Source: Octopus sinensis (lineage: Eukaryota). Taken from it: a stretch of DNA of 45,902 nucleotides. The translations under genes were made by a program, and so were the position numbers. Shown here piece after piece: positions 1 to 13,131 of this stretch. Where the stretch lies: assembly GCF_006345805.1 (NCBI RefSeq), contig NW_021835445.1, positions 1 to 45,902 on the forward strand, given 5' to 3'. Below the pieces are notes generated by a model, which did not search any database, had not been told where the DNA came from, and saw only the letters and a list, made by a program, of their open reading frames with translations. Position 1 is the first letter of the stretch, and each line of letters opens with the position of its first letter.

Positions 1-200
1 GTGGCATTCCAGACTTTTGGTGGAGTCGGTCCACTAACTACGAGATTCCTGTCTTCACTGGCAACTCACTAGCAATTCTCCCACCAGTGGAAACTGGTGA
101 GGCTCGTGACGGCGTTTGGCTGTTCCAGTGCCTCAGCCTCGCCATCACCCATGGCAACGCGGCAAGCATACTGGCGTGCCCCAATAGCCTAAAGTGGTGA
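1..200 (+). mobile_element. 3' end of a degenerate CRE-like (RLE-type) non-LTR retrotransposon ORF
   Basis: Frame 1 reads VAFQTFGGVGPLTTRFLSSLA; frame 3 continues ETGEARDGVWLFQCLSLAITHGNAASIL then stop. This resembles the CRE C-terminal signature (..ETxG..G.....FL / FQRLSLAIQRGNAASIL). Frameshifted and followed by a T-rich tract. Confidence 0.6.
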
Positions 201-673
201 ATTTTATTGTTTTTTCTCTTTTTTCTTCTCTCTTTTTTATTTTCAATTTTTTTATTTGTGTTTTCTGTTTTGTCCAATTTTATAATTTAATCTTTTAAAA
301 CGGTAAACGCTGTGAAGGCAATAAATTACGAAAAAAGTGTGACACAAGCAAGATTTTTCTAAAATTTCTGCTGAAACAAACTTGGAGTAGATATGACAAA
401 AATATGTAAAATAAACAATAAATGTAGACGAAAAACAAAGCAAAAATACCCCAAAACATACACTATTGTACTCACTTGTATTTTATCAATACCATCTCAT
501 GATAATTATACATACATACATACGATAGGACGTTAGCCACTACACACATTATTTTCTCTCCTTATTTTTTTCTGTGTCCCTTTCTGTAGAAGAGCGTATT
601 ATACTAATACATCTGCTTGTTTTGTACACCACCTGTCTTCATCTTTTGTTTTTTTTCGTGAACTCTCCCCCCC

Positions 674-677
<4 letters not shown>

Positions 678-716
<39 letters not shown>
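678..716. repeat. (TA)n microsatellite; representative of many (TA)n/(CA)n/(TG)n tracts, e.g. 1215-1415, 1815-1877, 2275-2296, 2370-2555, 3340-3505, 19868-19913
   Basis: Direct reading; these tracts generate the spurious YIYIY/HTHT/VCVC ORFs in the track. Confidence 0.95.
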
Positions 717-720
<4 letters not shown>

Positions 721-950
721 ATCCCAAAAAAGAAGAACAAACACAAAAAAAATACAAAAAGAAACAATGCGAGGACTTGGTACATGTAAAGTATAAGGTG
801 ATGCTCAGGGAAGAAAGGAAGATGGTTTAACGTTTCGAGCAATGCTCTTCCTTCTTCAGGAACAGAAGAACGTCCAATAGAAAGGAAGACGGAGGAAGAA
901 AATCGCCAAGGATTCACATGTGGTTACATTTTGAATATATATATATATAT

Positions 951-1112
951 ATTTATATTGAGGGCATTACTATACATAAATGCCACACGTCAGGAAGGAC
1001 TCTTAAAGTCAAAACTACCAAAATACATGTGCTTATTTATTTTTGTAGTTTTGACTTTAAGAGTCCTTCCAAGCGTGTGGCATTTATGTCTAGTAATGCA
1101 CTCAATATAAAT
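951..1112. repeat. Imperfect palindrome (~75 bp arms, ~12 nt loop), same family as 3751-3998
   Basis: ATTTATATTGAGGGCATTACTATACATAAATGCCACAC... is mirrored by ...GTGTGGCATTTATGTCTAGTAATGCACTCAATATAAAT. Confidence 0.85.
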
Positions 1113-1219
1113 GAATATATTTAAGAGAGAAATTGATGGATTTTCCCTTATGAGGTTTTCACGCTAACCTCTTGATAAATTCTTATAAAGATTTTATCCT
1201 ATTTTTAAATTATAATATA

Positions 1220-1263
<44 letters not shown>

Positions 1264-1268
1264 CACAC

Positions 1269-1320
<52 letters not shown>

Positions 1321-1380
1321 ACATATACATATATCATTATACATATACATATATATTCATATACATATACTCTTATATAA

Positions 1381-1421
<41 letters not shown>

Positions 1422-1828
1422 TTAGATAGCAGAACCTTTTTTTTGCACATATTCTTCACGATTTTTTACACTAATTTATTGGAATTGAATTGAAATATTT
1501 TGGTACATGGTAATACATGTAAAAAAAAATTACAATTTGCTGGGATGGAATTATCCTTTAAACTTACACTAATATATTATTACAAGTATTTATTTTTAAC
1601 TTGTTAGGGTACGATAAAAATCTTCTCACACGGTCAGAATCGAACAAGTGACCTGTCCATTGTAGTGTTTTTAACTCATCCCTATGCTGACTCACTCGCA
1701 CCTTTTACAATTTAATAACTGTTGTATTCTTAAATTCCTTATTTCAAAGTTTATCTTTCACCAGCATACACCGTTTTTAAAACTCGGAAATGCAAGACAC
1801 TTATCACACACATATATATAATACATAC

Positions 1829-1879
<51 letters not shown>

Positions 1880-3092
1880 CTCCTTTCCTTGCGCCAGAGA
1901 AAAAATTTGTTTGCTTGTTATCATTCGTAAGACACTTGTTGTTGTTTTCACCGTTAATGCTTCTGTATTTCATGTTTCTGTATTCCATTGTTTTTTTATA
2001 TTCGTCCCTTTTGCTGTCCTGGTGTCCGTATGCATTCGATCCTTCTTCCAGGAAATCTACGCTCCCAGCTTAGTTTTTCTAATGCTCGTTGCTTGGTTTT
2101 TCTTGGAGGGCTGGCCGTGATCTAGTAATCTCAAGATTAATCAGCCGAAATTACTACGATGATCCGGTTCTTGACTGAAGACTGAGGGTTTCGAATGTCT
2201 TGTCCGTGTTTATTGTATCGTCTTCTAAGAGTTATACGTTCTTGTCCATGTTGTAATTTTCTACATACCTTAATATATATATATATATATATATACATTT
2301 TACGATAACAAGAGCAAAGTAGGTTTTTAAAGGCAAAAGAGTGGAGACAAGGTTGGTAACGCAACAGATGTGTGTGTATGTGTGAGTGTGTGCGTGTGTG
2401 TATGTGTGTGTGTGAGGCGAGATAAAAAAACAAAAAATATATGTATGTGTTAGTGTGTGCGTCTGTGTGTAGGCGTGTGAGGTAGGGCGAGACAGTGGTA
2501 GGCACACACACACACACACCGATATATATATATATATATATATAAATATATATATATGAAATACTAATTACCGAATCTCACTTTTTTTATACGCTAGACC
2601 ACTCGTGTTAAAACTGATGTTATCAAATTAATATCCAATTTTTCACCCTCATTTTGATTTTAAAATATATACACACACACACACACACACAAATTTGCAT
2701 CTTTTTTTCCCTTCCTTTGTTTAATATATTTTCTGAAACATTCTGTCGCACACAAAGACAAGATTATGTATTTGCTTTCCGAATGTAATATTCAAAGAGT
2801 GATTATTCTATGTTGTTTCTTTGCTGTTGTAATTTTTCCTCTGTGACTCAGTTATTTATTTTATTGTTGTTAAATAAAACATTTTTCATCTGAGAAAAAG
2901 CCTCGTCTGTCATATTTCTGAAACACTCTCTTCTTCTCTATATCAACTACAACACACGACATTAATGTTAAAGGGGTGACACCACCATAAGGAATCTTAT
3001 TTAGCAACGGACCGAACCAACGCTTAAAAGAACTTCTACAAACATTTTGAGATTTGTGATCTATACAACCATTCACCCGACTCTCTCTCTCT

Positions 3093-3313
3093 GTGAGCTG
3101 GTTGAATCGTTAGCACATTGGGCGAAATACTTAGCGATCTTTCATCTGTCGCTACGTTCTGAGTTCAAATTCCGCCGAGGTCGACTTGGCATTTTATTCT
3201 TTCGGGGGTCAATAAAATAAGTACCAGTTGAATATTGGGTTCGAAGTAATCGACTAACCCCCGTCTCCCAAATTTCAGGCTTTGTGCCTATAGTAGAAAA
3301 GGATTATTATTAT
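3093..3313 (+). mobile_element. tRNA-derived SINE (family 3), (ATT)n tail
   Basis: A-box-like GAGCTGGTTGAATCG start, B-box-like GAGTTCAAATTCC, simple-repeat tail. Fragments recur at ~7790-7825, 16400-16445, 30120-30155 and 40382-40420. Confidence 0.7.
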
Positions 3314-3750
3314 TATGAAGGATAAGGTAGCGAGTTGGGAGGGTGTGTGTGTGTATGCACGTGTACGCGTGCATGTGTATTTATGCATATGTATAGACGA
3401 CTACCCTACATACATACATGAATACATATATATATATATATTATATATATATATATATATACGTATGTGTGTATATATGTATGTGTGTGTATGTATTCAT
3501 GTATAAAAAGTTTAATAATAATAAAAAAAATGAAATATAAAAAATAAAAATAATTATATATATATAAAAATTTATTAATATAAATTAATAATTTTTAATT
3601 TTTAACTTTCAATTTAAATAATTTAAATTTTGAAATTTATGTTTTATATTTTGTATATTATATTTATTAACTTTATTTCTATGTTATGGTTTATGTTTTT
3701 CACTGTTTGATTTGCTTAATAGTGGTTTTATCTCTAAATTAATTTATATA

Positions 3751-3998
3751 TATATTATATAGAGGGCATTATTACACATAAATGCCGCACACTAAGAGGG
3801 ACATAAGTCATTTCTACCAAAAATTTCACTAATCATACCCAATGCAGTTTTTCAAAGCAAGACATTTAAAAAATGAATTTTAAATGTCTTGCTTTGAAAA
3901 ACTGCATTGGGTGTGATTAGTGAAATTTTTGGTAGAAATGACTTATGTCCCTCTTAGTGTGCGGCATTTATGTGTAATAATGCCCTCTATATAATATA
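3751..3998. repeat. Near-perfect 248 bp palindrome (121 bp arms, 6 nt loop)
   Basis: Arms 3751-3871 and 3878-3998 are reverse complements with one mismatch seen; loop AATGAA. Confidence 0.9.
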
Positions 3999-4603
3999 AA
4001 TTAATATGTTCAAAAGAAAAAAATTATTTTCGAATTTTTTTCTCTTATGAGGTTTTTCACGCTATCTACCTGATAATTTCTTGTTAAGATTCCTTATTAA
4101 GAAGTTATCCTTAATTGTTAAATTTATATATATATATATATATATACATGCATATATACACACACACGTGTACACGTCCACACACACACATCCTCATTAA
4201 AATGATACATCTGCCACGTCATGATAAAATCACAAATGAAATGAATTTTAAAGATAGGAAAAAAGCCTCATTAATTTAAGAAAAGTAACAAGTTCGAACA
4301 AGAAATATTCGTGAAGTCTTTACAACGCTGAGGCATAATCACTTTGAAAGAATAAATGGAAAATATTAAACAACCTTGAGTCTATTCAATACGTAGTCAA
4401 CCCTGATTTATTTGTTGAAAGTATATTTTCTTTCTTTCTTCTTAAGTAGTCATGTTTTCCGTGGAGTATAATCTAGTTAAGTTCTTAGTATCGATTAGTA
4501 TCCAGAAGTGATAAGATACTCACAATCAGGGAAAATGATTATTGTTTTATTGAATTTTAAAATATAATCCCTACGATTATAATTTTTTTCATCAGTGAAT
4601 GTG

Positions 4604-4860
4604 CATGGCTTAGGGGTCAAGATTTGCACTCACGATTCGCTGAACGTGCGATCGATTCCTGGACGGGATGGCGTGTGTTATCCTTGAGCAAAGTTCTGCA
4701 TTTCACGTTGCCCCAGGGTTGTGAGGGGACTGGCATATCAATGAATAGACCCACACGTTTCTTCTGGGCTTCGTAAAAAGTGACTAATTTAGGATCTCGC
4801 CTAAATTGTAAAAATGGGTCGTCCGACAAGGAATCCCTTAGAAATGGGGGATGAAGCGAC
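4604..4860 (+). mobile_element. Degenerate tRNA-headed, CORE-like SINE
   Basis: B-box-like CGATTCCTGG followed by CCTTGAGCAAAGTTCTGCATTTCACGTTGC, matching the TTGAGCAAGACACTTTATTTCACGTTGC block of the copy at 25523-25849. Confidence 0.5.
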
Positions 4861-5033
4861 GCACTGTAACACAGCATGCTTCCATGAATGTATGAATGTG
4901 TGTGTATATATGTATGTGCGAAATAAAATGGCATTTTATGTACATTCAGAAAATAAAATTTTTCTTTTCATTATTACTTATTTTGTGCTTTTATTAAGCC
5001 TCCCAATATGTCAGGTCATTTTGGTCAATATAT

Positions 5034-5407
5034 AACCAACCACATGGTTCCGGGTTCAGTCCCACTGCGTGGGACCTTAGGCAAGTGTCTTCTACTATAG
5101 ACTCAGGACGACCAAAGCCTTGTGAGTGGATTCCGTGGACGGAAACTGAAACAAGCCTGTCGTAATATATATATATATATATATACATATGTATATGTAT
5201 GAGTGTGTGTCTGTGTTTGTCCCCCTAGCACTGATTGAAAACCGATGCTGGTGTGTTTATGTCCCCATTCCTTAGCAAAAAGAGACTGATAGAATAAGTA
5301 CTTGGCTTACAAAAGAATAAGTCCCAGGGCCGATTTGTTCGAGTAAAGGCGGTGCTCCAGCATTGCCGCAGTCAAATGACTGAAACAAGTAAAAGAGTAA
5401 AGAGTAT
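5034..5407 (+). mobile_element. Abundant SINE (family 1), 5' truncated
   Basis: Head CACATGGTTCCGGGTTCAGTCCCACTGCG, internal microsatellite, tail GGTGCTCCAGCA..GCAGTCAAATGACTGAAACAAGTAAAAGAGTA; at least 9 copies in the window. Confidence 0.85.
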
Positions 5408-5935
5408 ATAGAGAGAAAAAAATGCTGATGGAGATGTATGAGGACATACACAAAAGGTAGTGGTGGTGGGGGAATATTAGAGGTACAGAGGATAGAGGGG
5501 GATGTTTCATAGAAGTGTGAAGGGCTTATGAATATGTGTGTGTGCATATTCATAAGCAGACTGTGTGATAGTTGTGGGTGTCACTGCCATGCAAGCAATG
5601 TCCATCGCCAATCTGACATAAAAACATGTCAGGTCATGGGGAAATATTTTAGTTTGAAACAGGTGAAGGTTGGCAACAGGAAGGGCATCAGGACAGTGAA
5701 AATTCACCTCAATAAATATCATCTCACCGATGAGAGATTGGCAAATGTGGACATGGAGAACAATGATGACAGATGACTGGTATGGTTTGTCTCTCATTAA
5801 GGTTTAAGGAAGTAGTTACGCTGCTTCTATAAGCAAATGATTTGCCACATGTTTCAATGATATGGCTTCTCTCATGTATGAAAACGTTTGAGACTAGACA
5901 AAGTGCTATTTTTGGAAAATGATTTACCACAGGTA

Positions 5936-6690
<755 letters not shown>

Positions 6691-7982
6691 AATTTTCCTT
6701 TCTCTCATCACAGTACACAAAGGTTTTCCTTCTTCTCGTATATTGCTCTTAAATATTTCTACTGATATATCTACATCAAAAGTGATCTTTGTTAATATCT
6801 GAAGATGCTGCAAATTGCCTTCTTAATTGCTTTAACTCATTAACATTCAGATTACTCTGTCAAATATAATGCTTATTTATTCAAATTCTTCTGAATTAAT
6901 CATTCATTATCTTATTGCTTTAAGATTTAACGATGTGATTCTTTGTTTATAAGACATTGCATGGTGAGTGAAAGAGGCCAGATGTGGGCAGTTTTAACAT
7001 AAAATAGCTTGAACGTGTGGGATTGATATGCCTAGATGAATTTGTGAAGGATTAATTCAAATACAAATATAATTTTCTGTGTATTCCAGACAATAAAGAA
7101 GAGAAATTTTGCTACATATATGTCAGAGTTCAGAAGATATATTTTGCAGTAATTCAGTATATATTTATAGAAACAGGGTTATGTGTGTTATGAGTAAGAC
7201 GTTCAATACTAATGATGCAGTTTATATAAAAATCCTGTGATGCTGAGGTCATCTGATAATCTGAAATGAAAGAGAAACAACAGTGTAAAACATACAAGAT
7301 AATTAGAAATTAGAGAGATTAAAACAGTGAAAGTTTTACTACATTTTTATATAGACATGTCCATAGAGATGCAGGGATGGTTGTGTGTTAAGAATTTTGA
7401 TTCCCAACACACAAATCTAATAAGCACACCCATTTTCTTCCTTCATTTCACTCCTTTCTTGAATTCCCAAGATTCCCTGTCACCATCCAATTCCATTAAC
7501 GTGAATTTGAATTTGAATGCCTGAGACATTGTGAATCTTTCTTTAGCTGATTACACAACCATGGATACGTTGCAGTTACTCTCTTCATAGAGCCTGGTGA
7601 TCCTGACCCCTGAACTACAAGGTTCCCTCTGCCCAGCATCAATATAAGAAGCATTGTTGGTTCAGCTGAGTTCTTCTGCTGCTTCTTCACAAACTGCCAT
7701 GCTGCAGTCCCAAAGTTCGTCACAGAGTACCCCAGGTTAAAAAATGGTTAGAAATCACAACCGTTCATTTATATTTTATTTGGAAAAAGGGAAAGTGGAC
7801 CTCGACGGAATTTGAACTCAGAAACTAATAATAATAATGGTAAATTAATTATGTGCAATACTTAATTAACAAATGCTCCACCACCCATACGATGTGACGT
7901 GTGTGAGTTATGTGTGGGTAGGAACCCAGCAAATGTATTTCATCATATTAAATTCCAATATAATCGTAATATATACAGTCTG

Positions 7983-8198
7983 GGTACTACTAGCGAACAG
8001 TGGTCCCGGTGCGCGCACTCGCGCGAGCTAGTCGTAAGTAGTCGATCCTACAATAATTTAAACAAAGTAAATAAATTATTTTTATAATCAAACTAAGGTT
8101 AGGGTTAGGTTTAGGGTTAAAAAGTCGTTGTAGGATCGACTAGTTACGAATAGCTAGCGAGAGTGCGCGTACCGAGACCACTGTTCGCTAGTAGTACC
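7983..8198. mobile_element. 216 bp MITE-1 (GG...CC termini, 9 bp TSD), copy in A1 arm
   Basis: TIR GGTACTACTAGCGAACAGTGGT... / ...ACCACTGTTCGCTAGTAGTACC; flanks TACAGTCTG / CACAGTCTG; interior GGTTAGGGTTAGGTTTAGGGTT. Confidence 0.8.
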
Positions 8199-9018
8199 CA
8201 CAGTCTGAATAGTATTTGTAGAAAATTTCATGAAAGTAACTTAATTTCCCTCGTTTCATCAGGTTTAGAATATTATTTACGATGGGTAAAATCTAAACAA
8301 ATTTTGAATTTCCAAAGATTTGCGACAATAAAAGGTTTTGTACAAAGAGAAAACGAACTTAAATCTAAAAAATAAGACGAAATTATTACTTTACTCACGA
8401 TTAAATCTCAATCGTTATCTTCGAAGGAGTCCTTTTCCCTGCAGTTTTGATACAAAAGCAGAAATTCATTCAGAAAAGTCGCTAATTTCAGAAAAGGGAT
8501 CAAAGAACTTCTCAGACACCAGAAACGATCCTGAGAAAAAAATACCTTTAAAATGGGGTGTGTATAAAACATGAATTAGTTTGTTTTGAATAATGAAACG
8601 AAATTGTAGTATGGTATCAAACTTAATGGCAATTTTCTTTTTGTTCTGAGCTTAAATTCGGTCGATGTTAATTTTATCTTTCATAGCTTCGGAATCAATA
8701 AAATAAAGATTCAGACAAAAACAGAAGTCGATGGTAGTCCAACCAGCGTATCAAGTGAAGCCTAGGAGGTCTCTACATATGCTAGAAATGGCAGCCAAAT
8801 CTCTTGAATTTACATGCAAACGAGAGGGAATTGTGGTGGTGAAATATGGCAGATTCAGTTTTAGGGGTTTTTTGGTAAATTTTTTACAAACCTGTTCCAA
8901 CATTTCACGTGATTCTATTTATTAAAACTTATTAAAACTTCGATCGTTGTATGCCTGGTCGTCATAATGTTGCCACCATGCACAAAATGCCAACATCTCT
9001 GATGAGTAAAAATGCCCT

Positions 9019-9390
9019 TTTACTCTTTTACTTGTTTCAGTCATCCGACTGCAGCCATGCTGTCGTCTTTAGTCGAGCAATTCGACACCAGGACTTATTC
9101 TTTGGAAGCCTAGTACTTATTTTATCATTCTCTTTTGCAGAACCGTTAAGTTACGGAGACGTAAACACACCAGCATCAGTTGTCAAGCGGGGACAAACGC
9201 AGACTAACAAACACACATATATATACGATGGGCTTCTTTCAGTTTCTGTCTACCAAATCCACTCACAAGGTTTTGGTCAGCCCACTCCAGAAGTAGAAGA
9301 CACTTACATAAAGGGGCCATGCAAGGGGACTGAACCCCGAACCTGTGTGGTTAGGAAGCAAGCTTCTTACCGCACAGTCACGTCTGTGCC
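9019..9390 (-). mobile_element. SINE family 1
   Basis: Reverse complement of the family-1 head and tail; counterpart of 36031-36581. Confidence 0.8.
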
Positions 9391-9903
9391 TATAATGAAG
9401 TATTTCCATTTATGGTTTGCGTATCTATTTCTAGCATAACAACCTATGAGGTAATGCCATCACTGAAGCATGAAAAGACATTCCTCATCTCTCATACACA
9501 CAACTGGACAAACATTGACAATATTTTTTTATTCATATCATACATGGAATATATATGTTACGGAGATGTACTTGCATAGCAAGTGACCTGATCTGAGATC
9601 GTGTGGTGGAACGAAAAACAATTGCAGCATGGAAGGTGCTTATAAGCCATTAAAAAGACACACAAAAGCCGTTCGATTCACTTCAACATTTAAATTTAAT
9701 TTGTCAAAATATTTCCGTCGCTTTCAGACCGCGACCTTTTCACTGACAAAATTCTGAATATTATGAAAAAACAGCTTTTATTAAAAATATCAGAATTGAT
9801 GAGGATATATAAAAATATAGTGTTAGCAACTTGTTATCACATGCTGTTATGTCTTCTTTATTGTGAGGATATATTTATTGTTGTTGTTGTTTGTTTGTTC
9901 TTT

Positions 9904-10185
9904 CTCGAGCCATGCCTAGATCATAAGGGCCAGTTTCCTGGCATATAGGTTCACCTCCTGGACGGGACGCCAGTCCGTCGCTGGTGAGCTGCAAGATGCA
10001 GGAGGAAAGAGTGAGAGAAAGTTGTAGCAAAAGAGTCAGCAGAAGTTCGTCATTACCTTCTGCCGGAACCGCGTGGAGCTTAGGTGTTTCACTCATAAAC
10101 ACACACATTGTCCAATCTGAGATTCGAACCCGTGATCGCTCGACCGCAAGTCAGCTGCTCTAACCACTAGGCCATGTGCCTCCAC
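9904..10185 (-). mobile_element. tRNA-derived SINE (family 2)
   Basis: Reverse complement of GTGGAGGCACATGGCCTAGTGGTTAGAGC...GGGTTCGAATCTC, with clear A and B boxes. Confidence 0.85.
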
Positions 10186-10498
10186 ATACATTTATTGTTA
10201 AATAAGATATTCCTTTCAACAAATGACTTTTGATATTGATACAGTCACTCTTCTCTCTGATGAGAAATATATCTGTAGTTAATTGTCTTTTTTCAGAGAA
10301 GGATATACCACAGAATCAGTTACATGGTTTCCCTTCCATATCAATGTGTGTCTGTGTTTATCTAAGAGATTTATTTGAGAGAACCATTCACCACAGATAT
10401 CACAATGACATGGTTTCTCTCCTAATGAATGAGTCTGTGAGTGGTCAAGTGATCTATTTCAGAGAATGATTCACCACAGGTGTCACAAGGATGTGATT

Positions 10499-12703
10499 TC
10501 ATGCTGAATGAATACCTTTGTGTTTATTTAAATGTCCCTTTTGAGTGAATGATCTACCACAGATATCACATGGATATGGTCTCTCACCTGTATGAATACG
10601 TTTGTGATTAGTTAAGTAGGCTTTTAAAGAGAATGATTTACCACAGATATCACAGTGGTAAGGTTTCTCACCTGTATGGACAAATCTGTGAGTGGATAAG
10701 TCACCACTTCGAGAGAATGATTTACTACAGATATCACAGTGATATGGTTTTTCTCCTGTATGAATACGTTTGTGCTGAGTCAAATTACTCTTTTGAGAGA
10801 CTGATTTACCACAAATATCACAATGATGTGGCTTCGCTCCTGTATGAGTAAGTTTGTGTTTACTTAAATGTTCCTTTTGGGAAAATGATTTCTCACAAGT
10901 ATCGCAATGATATGGTTTCTCTCCTGTGTGAATATGTTGGTGTTTAGCTAAGTTAACTCTCACGGAGAATGATTTATCACAGATATCACACTGAAAAGGT
11001 TTCTCTCCTGTATGAACAAGTTTGTGAATAGCTAATTCAGACCCTTGAGAGAATGATTTACCACAGATATCACAGTGATATGGTTTCTCTCCTGTATGGG
11101 CACGTTTGTGTACAGTTATAGAACTTCTGTGAGCAAATGATTTACCACAGATATCACAGTGGTGTGGTTTCTCTCCTGTATGGGTAAGTTTGTGATGAGT
11201 TAAATTAGATTTGCAAGAGAAAGATTTATCACAGTTGTCACACTGATAAGGTTTCTCACCTGTATGAATACGTTTATGGGTGTATAAATAACTTTTGCGA
11301 GAGAATGATTTACTGCATATATCACAGTGATACGGTTTCTCTCCTGTATGAATGCGTTTGTGAAGAGTAACTTTACCACTCTGAGAGAATGATTTACCAC
11401 AGACATCACAGCGATATAGTTTCAATCCTGTATGAGTCTGTTTGTGTAGAGTTAGAGTATTTTTATGAGAGAATGATTTACCACAGGTATCACAGTGATA
11501 TAATTTCTCACCTGTATGAGTGCGTCTGTGAATAGTTAAATTAGTTTTGTAAGAGAAAGATTTACCACAGGTATCACAATGATATGGTTTCTCTCCTGTA
11601 TGAATACGTTTGTGAAGATTAACTTTACTACTTTCAGAGAATGATTTACCACAGATATCACAGTGATATAGTTTCAATCCTGAATGAACATGTTTGTGTA
11701 CAGCTATGGTACTTCTGTGAGAGAATGATTTACCACAGATATCACAGTGATATGGTTGCTCTCCTGTATGAATATGTTTGTGAGCGGTTAAGTGGTGACT
11801 ACGACTGAATGATTTACCACAGATATCACAGTGATATGGTCTCTCTCCTGTATGAATATGTTTGTGAGCGGTTAAATGGTGACTACGACTAAATGATTTA
11901 CCACAGATATCACAGTGATATGGTCTCTCTCCTGTATGAATACGTTTGTGTGCAATTAAGAGATCATTACGAGAGAATGATTTACCACAAATATCACAAG
12001 TGTATTTTCTCTCACCTGTATGAGTAGGTTTGTGATTAGATAAGGTATTTTTGTGAGTAAATGATTTACCACAGATATCACAATGATATGGTTTCTCACC
12101 TGTATGAATGCGTTTGTGAGCACTTAGATGGGGCTTTTGAGAGAAAGATTTTCCACAGACATCACAGTGATATGGCTTCTCACCTGTATGGATATGCATG
12201 TGAATAGCTAAAATAGATTTTTGAGAGAATGATTTACCACAGATATTACAGTGGTATGGCTTCTCACCTGTATGAACACGTCTGTGTTCAGTTAAGGTAT
12301 TCCTGTGAGGAAATGATTTCCCACAGGTATCACAATGATATGGTGTCTCACCTGTATGAATGCGTTTGTGAGCAGTTAAGGTATTATTTCTAGAGAATGA
12401 TTCACCACATATGCCGCAATGGTATGGTTTCTCTCCTATATGAATATTTTTATGAACATTTAAGGTATTTACCAGAGAGAAGGATTTACCACAGACATCG
12501 CAATGATGTGGTTTCTCACCTGTATGAACATGCTTGTGATTTGTCAAGGTATTCCTTTGAGAGAAAGATTTACCACAGATATCACAGTGATAGGGCTTCT
12601 CACCTGTATGAATGCGTTTATGAATAGCCAATGCATTATTTGCAGAGAATGATTTACCACAGATATCACAGTCGTATACAGATTTTCCTCTTTCTTTTGG
12701 CAT
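10499..12703 (-). CDS. ZNF-B1: intact C2H2 zinc-finger protein, 734 aa, 26 tandem fingers, no effector domain
   Basis: Single ORF with first in-frame ATG at 12703 (MPKERGKSV); 26 CxxC-12-HxxxH units with TGEKP-type linkers counted from the translation. The track start at 12745 is a non-ATG codon. Confidence 0.92.
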   Translation of the reverse strand: MPKERGKSVYDCDICGKSFSANNALAIHKRIHTGEKPYHCDICGKSFSQRNTLTNHKHVHTGEKPHHCDVCGKSFSLVNTLNVHKNIHIGEKPYHCGICGESFSRNNTLTAHKRIHTGETPYHCDTCGKSFPHRNTLTEHRRVHTGEKPYHCNICGKSFSQKSILAIHMHIHTGEKPYHCDVCGKSFSQKPHLSAHKRIHTGEKPYHCDICGKSFTHKNTLSNHKPTHTGERKYTCDICGKSFSRNDLLIAHKRIHTGERPYHCDICGKSFSRSHHLTAHKHIHTGERPYHCDICGKSFSRSHHLTAHKHIHTGEQPYHCDICGKSFSHRSTIAVHKHVHSGLKLYHCDICGKSFSESSKVNLHKRIHTGEKPYHCDTCGKSFSYKTNLTIHRRTHTGEKLYHCDTCGKSFSHKNTLTLHKQTHTGLKLYRCDVCGKSFSQSGKVTLHKRIHTGEKPYHCDICSKSFSRKSYLYTHKRIHTGEKPYQCDNCDKSFSCKSNLTHHKLTHTGEKPHHCDICGKSFAHRSSITVHKRAHTGEKPYHCDICGKSFSQGSELAIHKLVHTGEKPFQCDICDKSFSVRVNLAKHQHIHTGEKPYHCDTCEKSFSQKEHLSKHKLTHTGAKPHHCDICGKSVSQKSNLTQHKRIHTGEKPYHCDICSKSFSRSGDLSTHRFVHTGEKPYHCDICGKSFSLKAYLTNHKRIHTGERPYPCDICGRSFTQKGHLNKHKGIHSA

Positions 12704-13131
12704 CTCTGCAGCTAAAACTAACGAAACTCCAAGATTCTCACACAATTCCTCTTTCTGTAATTTCTTTCTTCAACAAAATGGTCTGGAAATTTCCTTTCTT
12801 CTTGTTTCTATATTTTATTCCTAACAAATGTTACAACTGCCATATTTTTATCAAATATAAGCTTTACTGATATCTTAAGATGTTGCAAATGTCTTTTTAA
12901 ATTTATCCAAGTTTATTCAGAATTCAAATTTAGGTTTTACCAATTTCAGAGTAAATCCAAGAAATTTCACCAATAATGTCACCCAGAAGAAATATTTTAC
13001 TGAAATTCACTGTTAATTTACATAAACAGGGTTCTTATATCCAGTTCTGTGTAACATCATCTTCAAAATATGATAAACATTGATGACGCTTCTGCAGTAA
13101 AATTCCTCTGATGCCAATGTCCTCTGATATT

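Noticed and set aside
826-872. Hammerhead-ribozyme-like core on the minus strand (CTGAAGA...GAGC ATT GCTC GAAAC GTTA), of the kind found in Penelope-associated repeats
   Set aside because: An extra AGGAA lies between the core and stem II, and stem I does not pair convincingly. At best a decayed relic; a covariance-model search would decide.
8093-8118. TTAGGG-like repeats suggesting an interstitial telomere or fusion site
   Set aside because: Only 3-4 imperfect units, always inside MITE-1.
8338-8574. MYKEKTNL... ORF recurring in four places
   Set aside because: Length and frame vary among copies (70-90 aa, different ends); recurrence simply reflects the duplicated arm.
10633-12870. Antisense and off-frame ORFs such as MIYHRYH... 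and MIWLLSCMN... around every ZNF gene
   Set aside because: Shadow frames of the 84 bp finger periodicity; no independent coding evidence.
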